Notes under the pieces: model-generated
What the model was told of the DNA's origin: nothing
The model's input: the letters and a program-made list of their open reading frames with translations, nothing else
Databases searched by the model: none
DNA from: Carcharhinus amblyrhynchos
Taxonomy: Eukaryota
Reading direction: 5' to 3'
NCBI GenBank assembly: GCA_965287045.1
Contig: CBDIYR020000003.1
Location: 9,424,001 to 9,488,000 of the forward strand
Length of the DNA: 64,000 nucleotides
Shown: positions 37,300 through 49,861 of the stretch, in pieces
Layout: each line of letters begins with the position of its first letter
Numbering within the stretch: position 1 is the stretch's first letter
Translations under genes and position numbers: made by a program

Positions 37300-37870
37300 A
37301 ATTATCAATGCTCCAACCCTACCCAGGCCGTCACATTCACCTCTTTCCCCAATACATAGATGGTGGTATCCGTGTCGTTTCCTGCTCACTGACTCCAACT
37401 TATTTTCTTCGATTTAAAACCCTGCACTTCTGATGGTTTTCATTTAGTCCATATTGGGTATTTATATTCCCGTATTGCACTTTGATGTGTACATTTCTGA
37501 TGATAATTTATTGTCCAATATGCATTGTAAACACACTAACTCAAGCAATTATCTTGAACAGAAGGTGCACCCTGTTTTACTGCAGTGGCTCCTTTCAATT
37601 CTTCATTGTTTCCCAATTTCTTTTGCACTTGTTCAGCCAGTTCAGCAATGCAGATTGGTGGATTCTGTATTTATTTTGCTAATCTGCAACTCACTGTTGT
37701 TGATGGAGAATGGAACAATGGTTGCTAACATCACCGGAATGTTGCTTTCACCTCATTGTCCCTCCCAGAAACAGGATAGAGTTCCACTTTTCCTCACCTT
37801 GCAAACACCGACTCGCAATCATTGGATCATCCTCTGCATTCCAAGCAGACAAATGTGATACCGCAACTAA
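37300..37870 (+). mobile_element. Degenerate Penelope-like retroelement fragment
   Basis: Remnant peptides (K.T.S..YL...S.HP; QDRVPLFLT) resemble the Penelope RT-to-GIY-YIG linker; heavily decayed. Confidence 0.45.
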
Positions 37871-39911
37871 GCTTATCTAATTGTTCTTTTCGCCTTCAGT
37901 CGAAAACCGGAAAGAAAGAATTTATTGATGCCTTTTACAGACTTCAGATGTCCGAAAGTACTTTCTAACCCAAGGAAGCTCATTTCCGGTGTTGTCGCTG
38001 TGGTGATGTTAAAAACTTTATTCACACAGAAAACAGTGGGAATGTTTAATTGTGTGTCAGACAGGGTTGCCCACTGACCCTGGAGTAAAGAGATTGCGGA
38101 GTCCAGGTATTTTCCGGTTACTTTGAACTCACACACACACACACAAGTACACGCACACACTCCCCCTCAGTCTCTCACTTTATGATTCATTGAGGAACCA
38201 CTTTGATTAGAAACATTCTGCTGAACGTCATATTCAGATTACTCAGTGACATTGAAATGCAATTATTTCTATAGTTCATTCGCTAAGTCTCCCTTCTCAT
38301 CCTCCTGGTGCATTCGCTGAGGTGGCACTGGTTGACCAGAGACTTATAATAGATTGGTGCTTGATTACGCCAGACAAATTCCTGCAGTGGTTTCCATTAA
38401 CCCGTGCAAGATCGGTGACATTTAAACTCACCGACTCTTACCACCAGTCATTGGGCATATTGTAAAAAAATTCCAAGCTGATAATCCAGTTGTGTGACCG
38501 GCCCGGAAACACTGCTTCTGTGGTCATAAAACACCGAAGTGCGATTGGATCCCAGACCTTGTGGTCCGGAAGACCTGTTTCTACGCCCAAGCGTCTGAAA
38601 TTCACATATAGACCCTTGCCCTAAACACACTGTGGTTTGTGGTGTGAAGATATTTCCTGTAACTCCAGCTGTCACCTGTGACAAGGTGAACTCACTGTTG
38701 TGCAAAAGACGAGGCCTTGGGACGTCATCTGTGAAAAAAAACACTCTCAGTGTTGTTAACATTGCTGCGTGATATTGCAGGGTTTTTGTGTAGCAGATTA
38801 CTGTGGGTTTTATTACTTTAATGATACTGCGACTGCATCTGTTCCCTACTTATTATTTTGAATTTGTTGCATTTGATGTTTAGTATTGATATCAGAGCAT
38901 TTGTGTCGTTTCCTGTTCAGGCGAGTAGAAGGATGAATCTTGCTTAATGTGCTCACAAATCCACGACTGATAAGTCTGGATTGTTCATTTCGAAAGACGT
39001 GAACGCTCACTAATAATCAGACAAATATACCAACGGAACAATGGTTTCACGGTCATCAGTAAATTCTGAATTCCGGGCCTCTTGAACATTAACTGAGTTA
39101 CTGGATTAATCGTCTCGCGATAATACCACGGGGCCACCCCCTCTTTATTTATGATATCACCTGATTTTTACTCTGTCTATTACACTCGGTTCTTTTCAAT
39201 ATTGATCTCTGTTTCAACACTTTCCTCATTTTCAGTCCATTCCTTCTACGATGACTTAAATTTCCTCTGTCCTATTTTCCAATCACTCAGTGTAGTTTAC
39301 ATGCTCCCTCTTTCCTCTGACTGCTTTCGTGAACCCGGAGTGAAACCACTCTCGCATTGCGGATGTACCGACACCTCAAAGAGTGCAGAGGTTCAACAAA
39401 GACAGATCACTCCCACAAAACATAAATTTCAGTTATGAGAACTGACGTCTTCACATTGCTCCGTGAGTTTGTGTGTCCCGGATTGATAGTAATAGGCGTG
39501 TTGCTAGCTGAGTCTATTCTGCATCGCATTTGTTAAGCACGACAGCAGACTTCGATCCATTCTGCATTTCTTTACAGGAACGAGTGCCGAAGATTTGTGG
39601 TCCGTTGGCTCACCTGAGTTGGAAATTCTGGAAGAACGACCTTATTTTTCTGCTATATTAACTCCAATTCTTTGAGCTTCCTTCTGCACAAAGTTAGATT
39701 TTCTTGTTTTAAATACATTTTATAAATTGCGGCACGGAGATTAGTGTCAATATTTTCCAAAGTTCTACTCTGCCGAAAAGACAAAAAAAATGTTCTGGAA
39801 TTAGATCTGACTGCTTTCCTGAACCTGGGGTCAAACCACTCTCGCAGAGGGAGGGCCGTAAATTCTGGCTGAGGATTTTGTGCGGCGTTTTACGTATGAT
39901 CTATCGCTGTG

Positions 39912-40383
39912 CCTCACTGCATAGTAATAGACCGCCCCGTCCTCCACACTGAGGGCGTTTATATTCAAGTAACCGTTCAGCTTCGACTTGTTAGCATGCG
40001 CCAGATATCGTCCTGAAACTTCATCTGTCTCCCGTGCTAAGCTTTTGGTAATAATCCACGTCAGTGGCTGTGCCGGTTTCTGCTGATACCATTGCATGAA
40101 GTCCATACCCTTGTTTGTATATGTGCAATCTAATTGCACCGAATCCACTGCTGAAGCAGTTACTGCCACCGGTGTCTGATTTACTGGTTCTGCGCACAGT
40201 CCGCCTATGAAGATAGAATAAAATTTCAAGAGCATTTGTTTGTATTTGCGATAACTTGCGGAGCCTCCCATCTGCACTTTAAGTGGATATTTCTGATCGT
40301 TAATTACATTGCGGTGTAAGTGGCTTGGTGAGCGTTATCCAGTACTTACTGTGCAAGAGTCCCGCCAGGATGAACAGAAACAT
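39912..40383 (-). pseudogene. TCR V segment (Valpha-like family), open frame but Cys104->Tyr (leader 40383-40350, V exon 40204-39912)
   Basis: Leader MFLFILAGLLH; AEPVNQTP..SVQLDCTY..MQWYQQKPAQPLTWII..EDGAVYYYAVR. RSS: CACAGCG 39911-39905, 23 nt, ACAAAATCC 39881-39873. Confidence 0.85.
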
Positions 40384-42571
40384 GTCTGACTGAATCTCTC
40401 TCAGTGAATGCGAATGGAATGAGTCAGAGACTGAGAAAGAGAGGGAACCTGAGCTCTGCGCAGCTGATTGCAGTGTGAGTGAATGTGAGTCTACGTGTGT
40501 CTGTGGAAGGGAGGGCTTTTATTGTGCCATCACCAGCCTACTAGCGACGCAGATTTCATTGATAATGTCCGTGAGATTGCGAGGCCCAGCTTGAATGTGG
40601 CGCCCTCTGCTGGCAAATGTTGCTTAATGCACGCTGGAATTGGACTGCTGAGTGGAATCAGGGTTTACTGCAACACATATGTCACAAATGCATCCCAGAA
40701 ATCTAAATTATAGCTTGTTAGACAAATGACGTATTTATTGTTGATGATTATTGTGGAAATGATGCAAAATCTGCGGTAACCATTCCTGGAGTTCTTTTTT
40801 TCAAATCCTGGGTACGACGAAATCGAGAGAACGCAAGACTTTGGAGAAAGTGCAGAGGTGAGAAATCAAGAGAGTGCTTGGGGTTAACAGTTAAATTTGA
40901 TTTTTATTGTTTACAACCAAGAAGGTTCAGAAGCAAATCAATTGATATGTTCATTATTTTTCCCTTTTCGGGGAGAAAGATGTCATGTTGTAGATGCATT
41001 TTAAAGCCACGCTTCTACTTCTGTCGTAACTGTTGAGGACAGTGGCTGGTGACAGAATCTCCGTGGCCAATAGAATGTAAAAGGGTTGTTTTTGATGGGC
41101 GAAGGCCCTCTTTCTGCACTGTAGGGTTCTATGATTCTACATATATTGTAGCACACGCGCTTTGTTCTCAATTTGGAAATCAACTGTTATTCTCTCTTCC
41201 GTAAATTTTAAAATAAACGTCTCTGTAAAATGTCAAAATAAATCTTGAAAGCATAATGAACATATCATCGTTTTTCCAAACTAATTTCCCCATCAGGCAA
41301 AATGCATATCCATCCTTGGGTCCAATCTGTGCAAAAAAACAAATCCCTCGGAGTAAAATATCTCTCTATTCCCCACCGCACGAGCCACCCTGTCCAAGTA
41401 TAAGAATCTCCCACACCACAGCGCAGTCCTGTGCAATCTCTCAGGGAGAAGTGGAACAATGAGACACAGAATTAGAAAAAATACCACCAGAGGGCGGTTC
41501 GGCTTTACTAGAGTTTCAGCACTGGGACATTGACTCGCTCTCAGTGAATATATGCCAGATAATTACCTATGTACTGAACAAAAATAGACATTAATGATTG
41601 CAACCCAGTTCAGTGCAACCAAATATAGCTACTTGAATCGACATCTACGGAACTATGGCCCAAAGTTCCTCAGCAACAGCACTGGCAGGCAGCTCAGTCT
41701 CGATGTTGACATTCTCAATAAAACATTTCCCTTTAAAACATTTTCAACATTGAGATCAGAACGGTAACACACACTGGGGTATTTTACCTATAGTGAGGTG
41801 TGATGCGACAATGACCATGCTCCAATGTCAACTGCAGGTTCCTTTTACATGTTTTTAAAACATTTTTTTGCCTGAATATCATAAGACCCTAAAATCCTGA
41901 ACCTGCACCGATTCCCCAACAACAATCCCACACAGGTCATATCCCCGGAGCCCACATATTCAACCCGCTAACCCTCCTAACCTATACACATACCTAAGGG
42001 GCAAGTTAGCGTGGCCAATCCACCTAACCTGCACATCTTTGGAGTTTGGGATGAAACCGCAGCACCTGGAGGAACTTTGCACTAGTGGAAAAGTTAGATA
42101 TGTTACACATCCTCTTTCTCCATATCAATAGTTCGGAAAGACCACAGCAGTTTAAGAAGGCTGCGCACCCTCTCTCCTTCTGAAGGGGAGAATGGAGTAG
42201 AAAACTAGACTTTACAGCAACTCTGACATTACTCCATGTATTAATAATAATAATTAAAGCCCTTAAGAGGAATTTCACTGGAGTCATGGTTATCACTACA
42301 CTGGCAGTGGAACCAAATCCGTGAAAACAAAGTGGCAAATTCATTCAAAAATTATTTACTTTCTTTGGTACAATTCTGGTGAAGGTGTTCCTTCCCCGAC
42401 TCTGCTGTGTAACCCGGGAAGCATTTTCTCTGTAAGAATAGTGACTGGAATGAAAAGCAAGGAAGTGAGGTGAGAACAGCCTGAGACACGGCAACAGATA
42501 ATTAAGGGCGGGGTTTAGAAAGGGTGGCTAAATATCCAACCCTCTCCCCTTCCACAGAGAGGACAGAGACA

Positions 42572-43026
42572 ATGAGGCTTCTCAGCATCTGGGTTGTGTG
42601 GGGAACATTTCTGACAGGTAAATGTGGATGCGCTCTTTCATTCCCCAAGCTTGGTTGGAGTCAAATTTCAATCATCCACGGGTCTAAGCTTTTTCTTATT
42701 AATATACTATTTTCCAGATCTGAGTCATGGAGATTCTGTCACCCAGCCTCTGCCCTCAGATGTTAAGGCAGAAGGAGCAGCGCTCGTATTAACCTGTAAC
42801 TATGAAACTACACAGAACAACTATGCATTACACTGGTACCGACAACTCCCAGGAAACCAGTCCGAGTTTATAGTGTGGAGAAATACATATAATAATGAAG
42901 ATAAAGCAGATTTTGCCAAAAGCCGTTTCTCTATAAATCTTCAGACCTCGACTAAATTCACCAGTTTAACCGTTTCGGATCTGCAGCTGACTGATGCCGC
43001 CGTGTATTACTGCGCTTTCCAGCCAT
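42572..43026 (+). CDS. TCR alpha/delta (Vdelta-like) V gene segment, apparently functional (leader 42572-42617, V exon 42718-43026)
   Basis: Leader MRLLSIWVVWGTFLT/G; GDSVTQPLP..LTCNYET..WYRQLPGNQSEF..DFAKSRFS..DAAVYYCAFQP. RSS: CACAGTG 43027-43033, 23 nt, ACAAAAACT 43057-43065. Confidence 0.95.
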
Positions 43027-45499
43027 CACAGTGGTGGAACGCAGTCTCACCCCTGTACAAAAACTGCCTCTGGGTTGTTGGTGCGAGCTCCGTTCTGTTG
43101 AGCTTTAAGTAGGACTGCGGTTGCTGCAAAGCAGCGGCGCTCGCAGGCGCTCAGATACACACCGAGAGGAAACCAAATTAACCTCGGATCAAACTGTCAC
43201 CCAACAGTTAGCAGGAGAGACTGAGAGAATGAGCTGCACAACTGCAGTGGAACAGAGAAACATCACATCATCATAACTGAAGCCAGCCGTTAAAATCCCC
43301 GCCCTCAATGATCGGCGGTTCAGACTATTTTGACCATCGGGGGAGTTATTACATTTCCAGCGTTGTGAAGGCCGCGGTATCAGACATTGGAGTGTTTAAT
43401 GAGCAGGGACACACGGTGTGACTGAGACACACTGGGTCAATGCGATACCAGCTACAGCTTCATTCAAATCAATCAATACACATATACTCGTTTTTCTGAA
43501 TATGTTGACATTTTTAGAGTTCACTTTCCCACAGTTTTCTTCCATCTTATAAGAAAAAGGCAATTAGATTTTCCCCGATGTGCTGACTATTTTGTGAAGC
43601 GTATATACACAGTCATACCTTATTAAGTTTAACAGAGATACTTAACCTTCATCTAGATCGCGCGCTCTGATGCAAAGTTAAAATATCCCATGGTCGCCAT
43701 TTCAAGAATGAAAAATGAACATTCTCCCCCACGTTTCTGGGCCACAGTGTATAATTCACTTCTCACAGTTGAAACACGTGTGTTTTTTTTATATCTTTAC
43801 CTCAAAGTTGTCTAGCTCTGCACAAACTGGTCTTGGACAGGAGTGTTATTGGAATGGTATTTTTGATCATGAACCTCTCTAAATAATGGTCAGCTCACAC
43901 AGTGTGAAACTAATAGCAATTACGCCTCACTCTGGGCCACTGGGGAAGAAGACGCCACAAATGTCCCCAAAATAAAACATTTAAAAATAATTTTACCGAG
44001 CTTGCCTAGTAAAGCATTTATGGCACTTTCCTAGTTTCCTTTGGTGGCGGTAGTGTTGGGACGGCATTGTTACAGTCAAGCTGATATTAAGAAACGCCAG
44101 CTGTGAGTTGCAATGGGAGTTTCACTGTCTTGTCATTAAAATAACACAATGTCACCATCGGCTGGTGGCTTTCATTTACTGCAAGCGCTGGCCATTGTGT
44201 GTCACAGAGAAATTCAGTCAGTCGCTGGCTGGACCTGGGACCGGGTTGCTAAAGTGTGAATATTGTACAACACTGTCAGGGATGGAAATTTTCAGCAGGA
44301 GGTCGGGTGGCGCATTTGCCCTTTTGTCATCATCCACCCTCTGTGAACTTTGTTCCCCATTACCCATGGGAGATATTGTTTGGAGATTGCAGTTTGGGAT
44401 TAATGTATACCACTTAGTGTAGTTATCAGATGTTAATTCCATCCAAACTTGTAGCAGGTGAACGTTGCTGCCTTTTGATGTATCAAGCTCTTTGGAAATT
44501 AAATTGATCATGATATCTGGATCTGGATCTGGATACTATTAGTGGGCAAAAAAAAACTGACAGATTTTTGTCAATTATTTTTATCGAAATCAATCTCTGT
44601 TTGCATTGACCCGTGCAGAATAAATGATTTTGGTAAAAACATTTTGCCACCGCCAACAAAGAATTACAGGATTCTCACATTGATGAATTGTTATGTCATC
44701 AACTGATTATTATTATGCCGAATAACATATGCTTCATTTCAGGTAACTATAAAGAAGAAATAAACGCTATCCTTGCTTTAATTCTTGATAGTTAATTCTG
44801 TTTATTCAATGTGCACGCCATGAAGAATGAATGAAACGTACTCACATCAGCATGAAACTTTGCAGAGTGCAACTGTTAACCTTTTGTTGTGCTGCACGCA
44901 GAGGGAAAATATTTTGTCCCATTCTTCCCTAAGCTAAGCATTTTGTTCTAACCTTTGCATTTTCAAACTTACCTGTGAAATGCGGAAATATTTTTGCTAC
45001 TATTAACAGAGTATTTTTAAGGTGAATTTTTGAAATGACATTCTCAGGCCAGTTAGATTTTCTAAACTCTGCATTTTCATGACACTTCGAAAAGAACGGC
45101 AGGACGATAGAGACAGAGACCAGAAGAAAGAAGGTTCACACACAGAGTGCACGGAATCTGTTGTCACTGAGCCCACATCTGGTGATGACTTAAGCCTACC
45201 TCTGCCCAGTAACACTGACCATACCTGCAACGGATGCTGAAGTTGCACACATGGCAATTGTTCAAGGATGCACAGTGCCCACACCTTCAGAATCGCATGC
45301 ATAATCTGTGCCAGCATTTGTCATGATGGGAATTTCACAGAAGCTAATCAGGTCACGCGTGACACCATGGATTGTGTGGCGTTAACAGCACCCACAAGTG
45401 GGCCTACTGGCCCAAGTGAGGAATTGAAGTGGTGCTGGGTCTATGCAGCCAATGACATCAATCTGTTATTCTTTGCTCTTTCCAAACCCCATCTTCGAC

Positions 45500-45845
45500 T
45501 GATAGATATGGAGCGGGCCATTATGGTGACGGATGAAGAGGCAGAGGTGGTGGATCAGGAGGTGAAGGATGTGGTGAGACTACCGCAGGAGCAATTAACA
45601 CCAGTCCCTCCGGAAGGAGGGCAGGGGGCTGCCGCTGAGGTCCTGGAGGTGGGTGAGCAGTCTCCGAAAAGGGTGCACAGAAGACTGAGGTTGCAGTGGG
45701 GAAGGAGGTACAGGACCCGGAATTTATTTGACACTGTCTCAGAGGCGACATGTCGCCGCTGGCTGCGACTGTCCAAGAGTATAGTGCGGCTCCTATGTGA
45801 GGTGCTCATACATCTGAAACCTCAGGGGAGGGGCGGACACTGCCA
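45500..45845 (+). mobile_element. PIF/Harbinger (HARBI1-like) transposase N-terminal fragment
   Basis: RRYRTRNLFDTVSEATCRRWLRLSKSIVRLLCEVL..LKPQGRGGH resembles the Harbinger transposase N-terminal helix region; truncated before the DDE core. Confidence 0.55.
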
Positions 45846-46079
45846 TTCTACTTACGTTTTATTTGCTAAATTTGCTTTCTCAAGGTTTTTTTTGTAATCC
45901 TCAGGAAGTTGAAATCTAAACACTCAGGTAAGTTTAGGAAATTCCCCTATTGATCGTCATTTATCGAAATTCGGGGGGCGGGGGGAGTGGGAGGGAGGAG
46001 CGGGGTAAAAGCAGCTGGCTTTCCAATTACAAGAAAATTTGGCCGGTGGATAACAGGGTGCTTGAGTGTCTTGGGTTAC

Positions 46080-46360
46080 AGGAAAATATAGGCGAGATGG
46101 TCAAATGCTCAGCTAAGTGGAAGATGGAATTTAGCCCTGAAAAGGTGATACACTTTGGGAGGATGGGTTTGACAAGGAAGTATGCTATGAAAGATATGAC
46201 ACTAGGAAGTTCGGAAGAACAAAGGGATCTTGGCGTGAGTGTCCATATTCCTCTGAAGGCAGAAAGGCAGATTCACAGGTGGTGAAAAAGTAGGAGACAC
46301 ACTCGACTTTATCAGTTGGGGTCTAGAGTACAAAATCAGAGAGGTGATGATGGAGTTATA
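46080..46360 (+). mobile_element. CR1 LINE ORF2 fragment, degenerate
   Basis: KWKMEFSPEKVIHFGR..LGSSEEQRDLGV matches the CR1 RT thumb region (W.M.FN..KC.V.H.G..RDLGV). Confidence 0.7.
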
Positions 46361-47030
46361 TTGGAATTGACAACAGAATCACAAATGTTGCATGGTCACA
46401 GGATGCTGATATATGATGTAGAATAGAAGTGAAGTTGAGGCTATCATTGTATTGGCGGGAGAACTCAGAGTTGATACTGCTGTCCAGTGACCGTGAAATT
46501 GATACTGACCTGCCTGTAAATAATGTTATTTAATCCATGGCCTCTTTAAGGGCAGATGTCATTATTTTGACAGGTTTGCATCACGGGTACAGGGAAGAGA
46601 CCCGTCAGAAATTTGGGATAGTTGGAACTACACTACTGGATGTATGGCGTTCAACGTGGAAAACTAACCTCATTTATAGGGGAAGGTCACTTGTTAGAGA
46701 ATTGGGGTCCTTGTATCCTTGTTATATGAAAAAAAATTCTGGGCACAGTAAGACGTCTCACAACACCAGGCTAAAGTCAACAGGTTTACTTGGCAGCATG
46801 AGATTTCGGAGCACCGCTCCTTCCTCACCACTCACCTGATGAACAAGACATGGCAAAGTCACATTTACTTTCTTATTTCTACACTTCAATGGGTGGTGAT
46901 TACGTTAGAGGTAATAATTCTCAGACATTGACATTAATTAAATGTTAGTAATTTTTATTTTCAAGCCTGAACTGGTAAGAAGTGAAACCATTGACTAGAT
47001 TTAATGAAGAATTATAAATATTGGAATGCA

Positions 47031-49861
47031 TTACTTTCTCGGAACAATTATTTTAGTAATATGATTCAGTGGACAGTGGAGAGCATTTTTCAACTCTTCT
47101 CTGAATTTCTTCTGAATGGCTGCGTAAATAAAGGTGTTGGTGCAGGAACTAAGAAGCTGCAGCATGTTCCCGGATTCCTGGAGAATAAATTTGGGATCAC
47201 TGAAGCTTTTAATGTTATAACCGTTGATGATTCGTACATGCAAGAACTGTATAACATACGTCATCCACAACAGGATGAAACTGCCAGAGATTGTGAAGAG
47301 TAAAATGATGGACTTTCTCCGGCTCTCCATCTCGGGGTCAGTCTGATTCTCTCTGCCTTTGTCTGTACGGAGTCTCCTCCTGGCTCGGCTGGCTGCTAGA
47401 ATGTGTCTGACGGTCAGAGCATTGAACAGGAGAATCAGAAGGAACGGAGCACACGGGGTCAATAAGCGGTCAAACCAGTCGTATGCTGTCCAGAAGAGTG
47501 AAGTGTACCGGATATCCTTCAGTCTGCAATACCAGGGCACATTGTCAACTACGTAAATAGGCTCGTGGATAAAGTACCACGGAATATTTGTTAAACAGCC
47601 CAGAGCACAGACAGTTCCTATCACAACAGCTGCAGTTTTCTCGGTACAGTATTTTATTTTCAGCTTCTGGCAGCATATTGCCACAAAGCGATCAAAGGTA
47701 AACATGACTGTTAACCAGACAGAACTCACTCTGGCTGCGTAAGTTAAAGCAATGCTCAGACTACAGAGTGGAGTGATGGACAAGAAGCTGCCTGGAAAAT
47801 AAATGCCACTGATGCGATTTAATATCACAGCGGTGATAATGACCAGTAGATCCGTCACATTCATGGAGATAAGGTATCGAGTGATACATCCCGAAAGACC
47901 ACATTTTCCTCTCGACAGAATCACAATCGCCACGAAATTAGCTGCATTAAAGAGAAGGAGAATTAACTTGCACAGGAAAACCACACTAATATAATCGCAT
48001 TGACCAAAATGCATGGACTCTTATTTTCTGCGTCTGGAGAAATTTTCTGGGAGTGAAGAAACAAAAGCAGATTTAATAATGTGAAGATGGAAGACATCAC
48101 GGATGGAAGAAGTGTGTTCTTAATCATCAAAATTGATTATCCAGTTTCTCCAGTTTCCTCCATCATTTTCCCTGTCACCACACACATGTCCTAATCAGAT
48201 GATAAGTCATAAAATGAGGACAACTGGAGAAACTGAACTGATCTTGCAGGAAAAAAAAATTCTGTGCTGCGACAATTCGAATATAAACTTGAACATAAAA
48301 CACAAATATTATTGTAAGAATTGGAATAAAATCACAGATAAACCCTGTATCGTATATGGGCACAACGCGAAGGCTATAATACCTGTTGAACATGATGAGC
48401 ATTTTCCTCAGTTTAGTTCACTTAGTTCAACTTTAAATTATCTTTCGAAATTTATTCTTCCATCTGCACTGATTAGGAGGTAACTTACCTTTGTCAAGAC
48501 ATTTTGATGTGTGACTTTTTACACTGCATTTCTCAGCCAATTATAGTTCGGGCCAATCGTTGATGTGCCAAACGAATCCTAGCAAGGAATGACCACACAT
48601 ACCCTTCGATTTCGAATGGTTTCTCTTGTCTTTGCCCTCTGTGTAATATAGCTTCGCCAATTTCACAGAATGGCAAAATTATTACAATTCAGCACGATCC
48701 CATTTCAGCAATTGTGATTGCACTGTTTCTCTGAATGTACTTCTCACCGAGAGTGTTCCACTATCCTATCCTCCTAACATTCCACATTCATCCATCCAGA
48801 CAACTGTACAGTTAGTTTCTGAATTGTTCAATAGGATTTCTCTTCACCACAATGTCAGGCAGTTTATCACAAACACCAGCCATTTGCAGTGTAAAAAGCA
48901 TTTCCTTAAATCAATTTTGCAGATTTTACGAACACTGTTCCCTTTATTGTGCGATGTTTTTGCTAGTGGAAACAACTTCTCCACATCCAGTAAGTCCAGA
49001 ACCCTTATTACATTGAAATTTAGTCCCAAACATTTATATACGTTTACTTCAATTCCGAAACCTTCACCTTGAAGTGTCATGCACTGTGTGGACTCTAATC
49101 AAGCTTTTTTTGGTGAACTCCATAACAAATAACTCCTATAGATTTTAAAAGCACATTACTGCAGATGCTGGACCCTGAAACCAAAAGACCTGCTGGAAAA
49201 TTTCAGCAGGTCTGGCAGCATCTGGATGACGAGAAATAGCTGACGTTTCGAGTCCAATGACCCTTTGTCAAGGCTGTTTCTTTATCAAAGCAAACTCTTT
49301 ACCGATAAATATCTCCGTCTCCAACACTTTATACACTGCTTCATTGAGTCAAATGAGGTTCGTCCAGGATGACTTACCCTTTAGAAAAACATATTCTGAG
49401 TTATTTCACCCCTTCTGCCCCTTGCTCTGGACATCTCTACCAGAACAAACTGTTTCTACCCCACAGATCTTTGGAACCCTTCACTAATTTTCATCAAAGC
49501 CCTTAACTAGTCCTTTAATCTTATCTATGGAATGTACAGCAAATGAGATTTAAGTAACCGTACCTGAGTATTTACTATCGAAGTCTTGGTATCGTTATGG
49601 CGAATCTACATTCCACCATTTTTGAAACGCCAAGTCTATACTTCATACGGTGACATGGCAGAAAAAGAATATATTGCTCCGAATGGGCCCAACCAGAGTT
49701 GTATACAATGTCAGATATCTTATATCCTTTTGTGCACAGTATCCTTGAGATACGTTCAGTAGACAACAAACAATTTATTTCGATGCCTTACCTGGGACCG
49801 CGATGACAGCAAGTGTAGTGTAGTAAATGGCGTATGGTAGTCCAGTAGGTGGAGCGTGCAT
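47031..49861 (-). CDS. Class A orphan GPCR, GPR139/GPR142-like, paralog of 33122-35709 (exon 1 49861-49792, exon 2 47941-47031)
   Basis: Exon 1 MHAPPTGLPYAIYYTTLAVIAVP + G|GTAAG; exon 2 ANFVAIVILSRGKCGLS..FTFDRFVAICCQKLK..LTPCAPF..LSSCTNTFIY; same 70-nt exon 1 and phase-1 intron as the first copy. Confidence 0.88.

Noticed and set aside
38448-38762. Minus-strand ORF after a strong polypyrimidine/AG acceptor, with an internal CACAGTG
   Set aside because: No Ig-domain Cys/Trp pattern and no nonamer; cannot be supported as a V or as an exon.
45268-45897. 209-aa ORF as an intact or domesticated transposase gene
   Set aside because: Only an N-terminal Harbinger-like fragment; no DDE core or terminal repeats seen.
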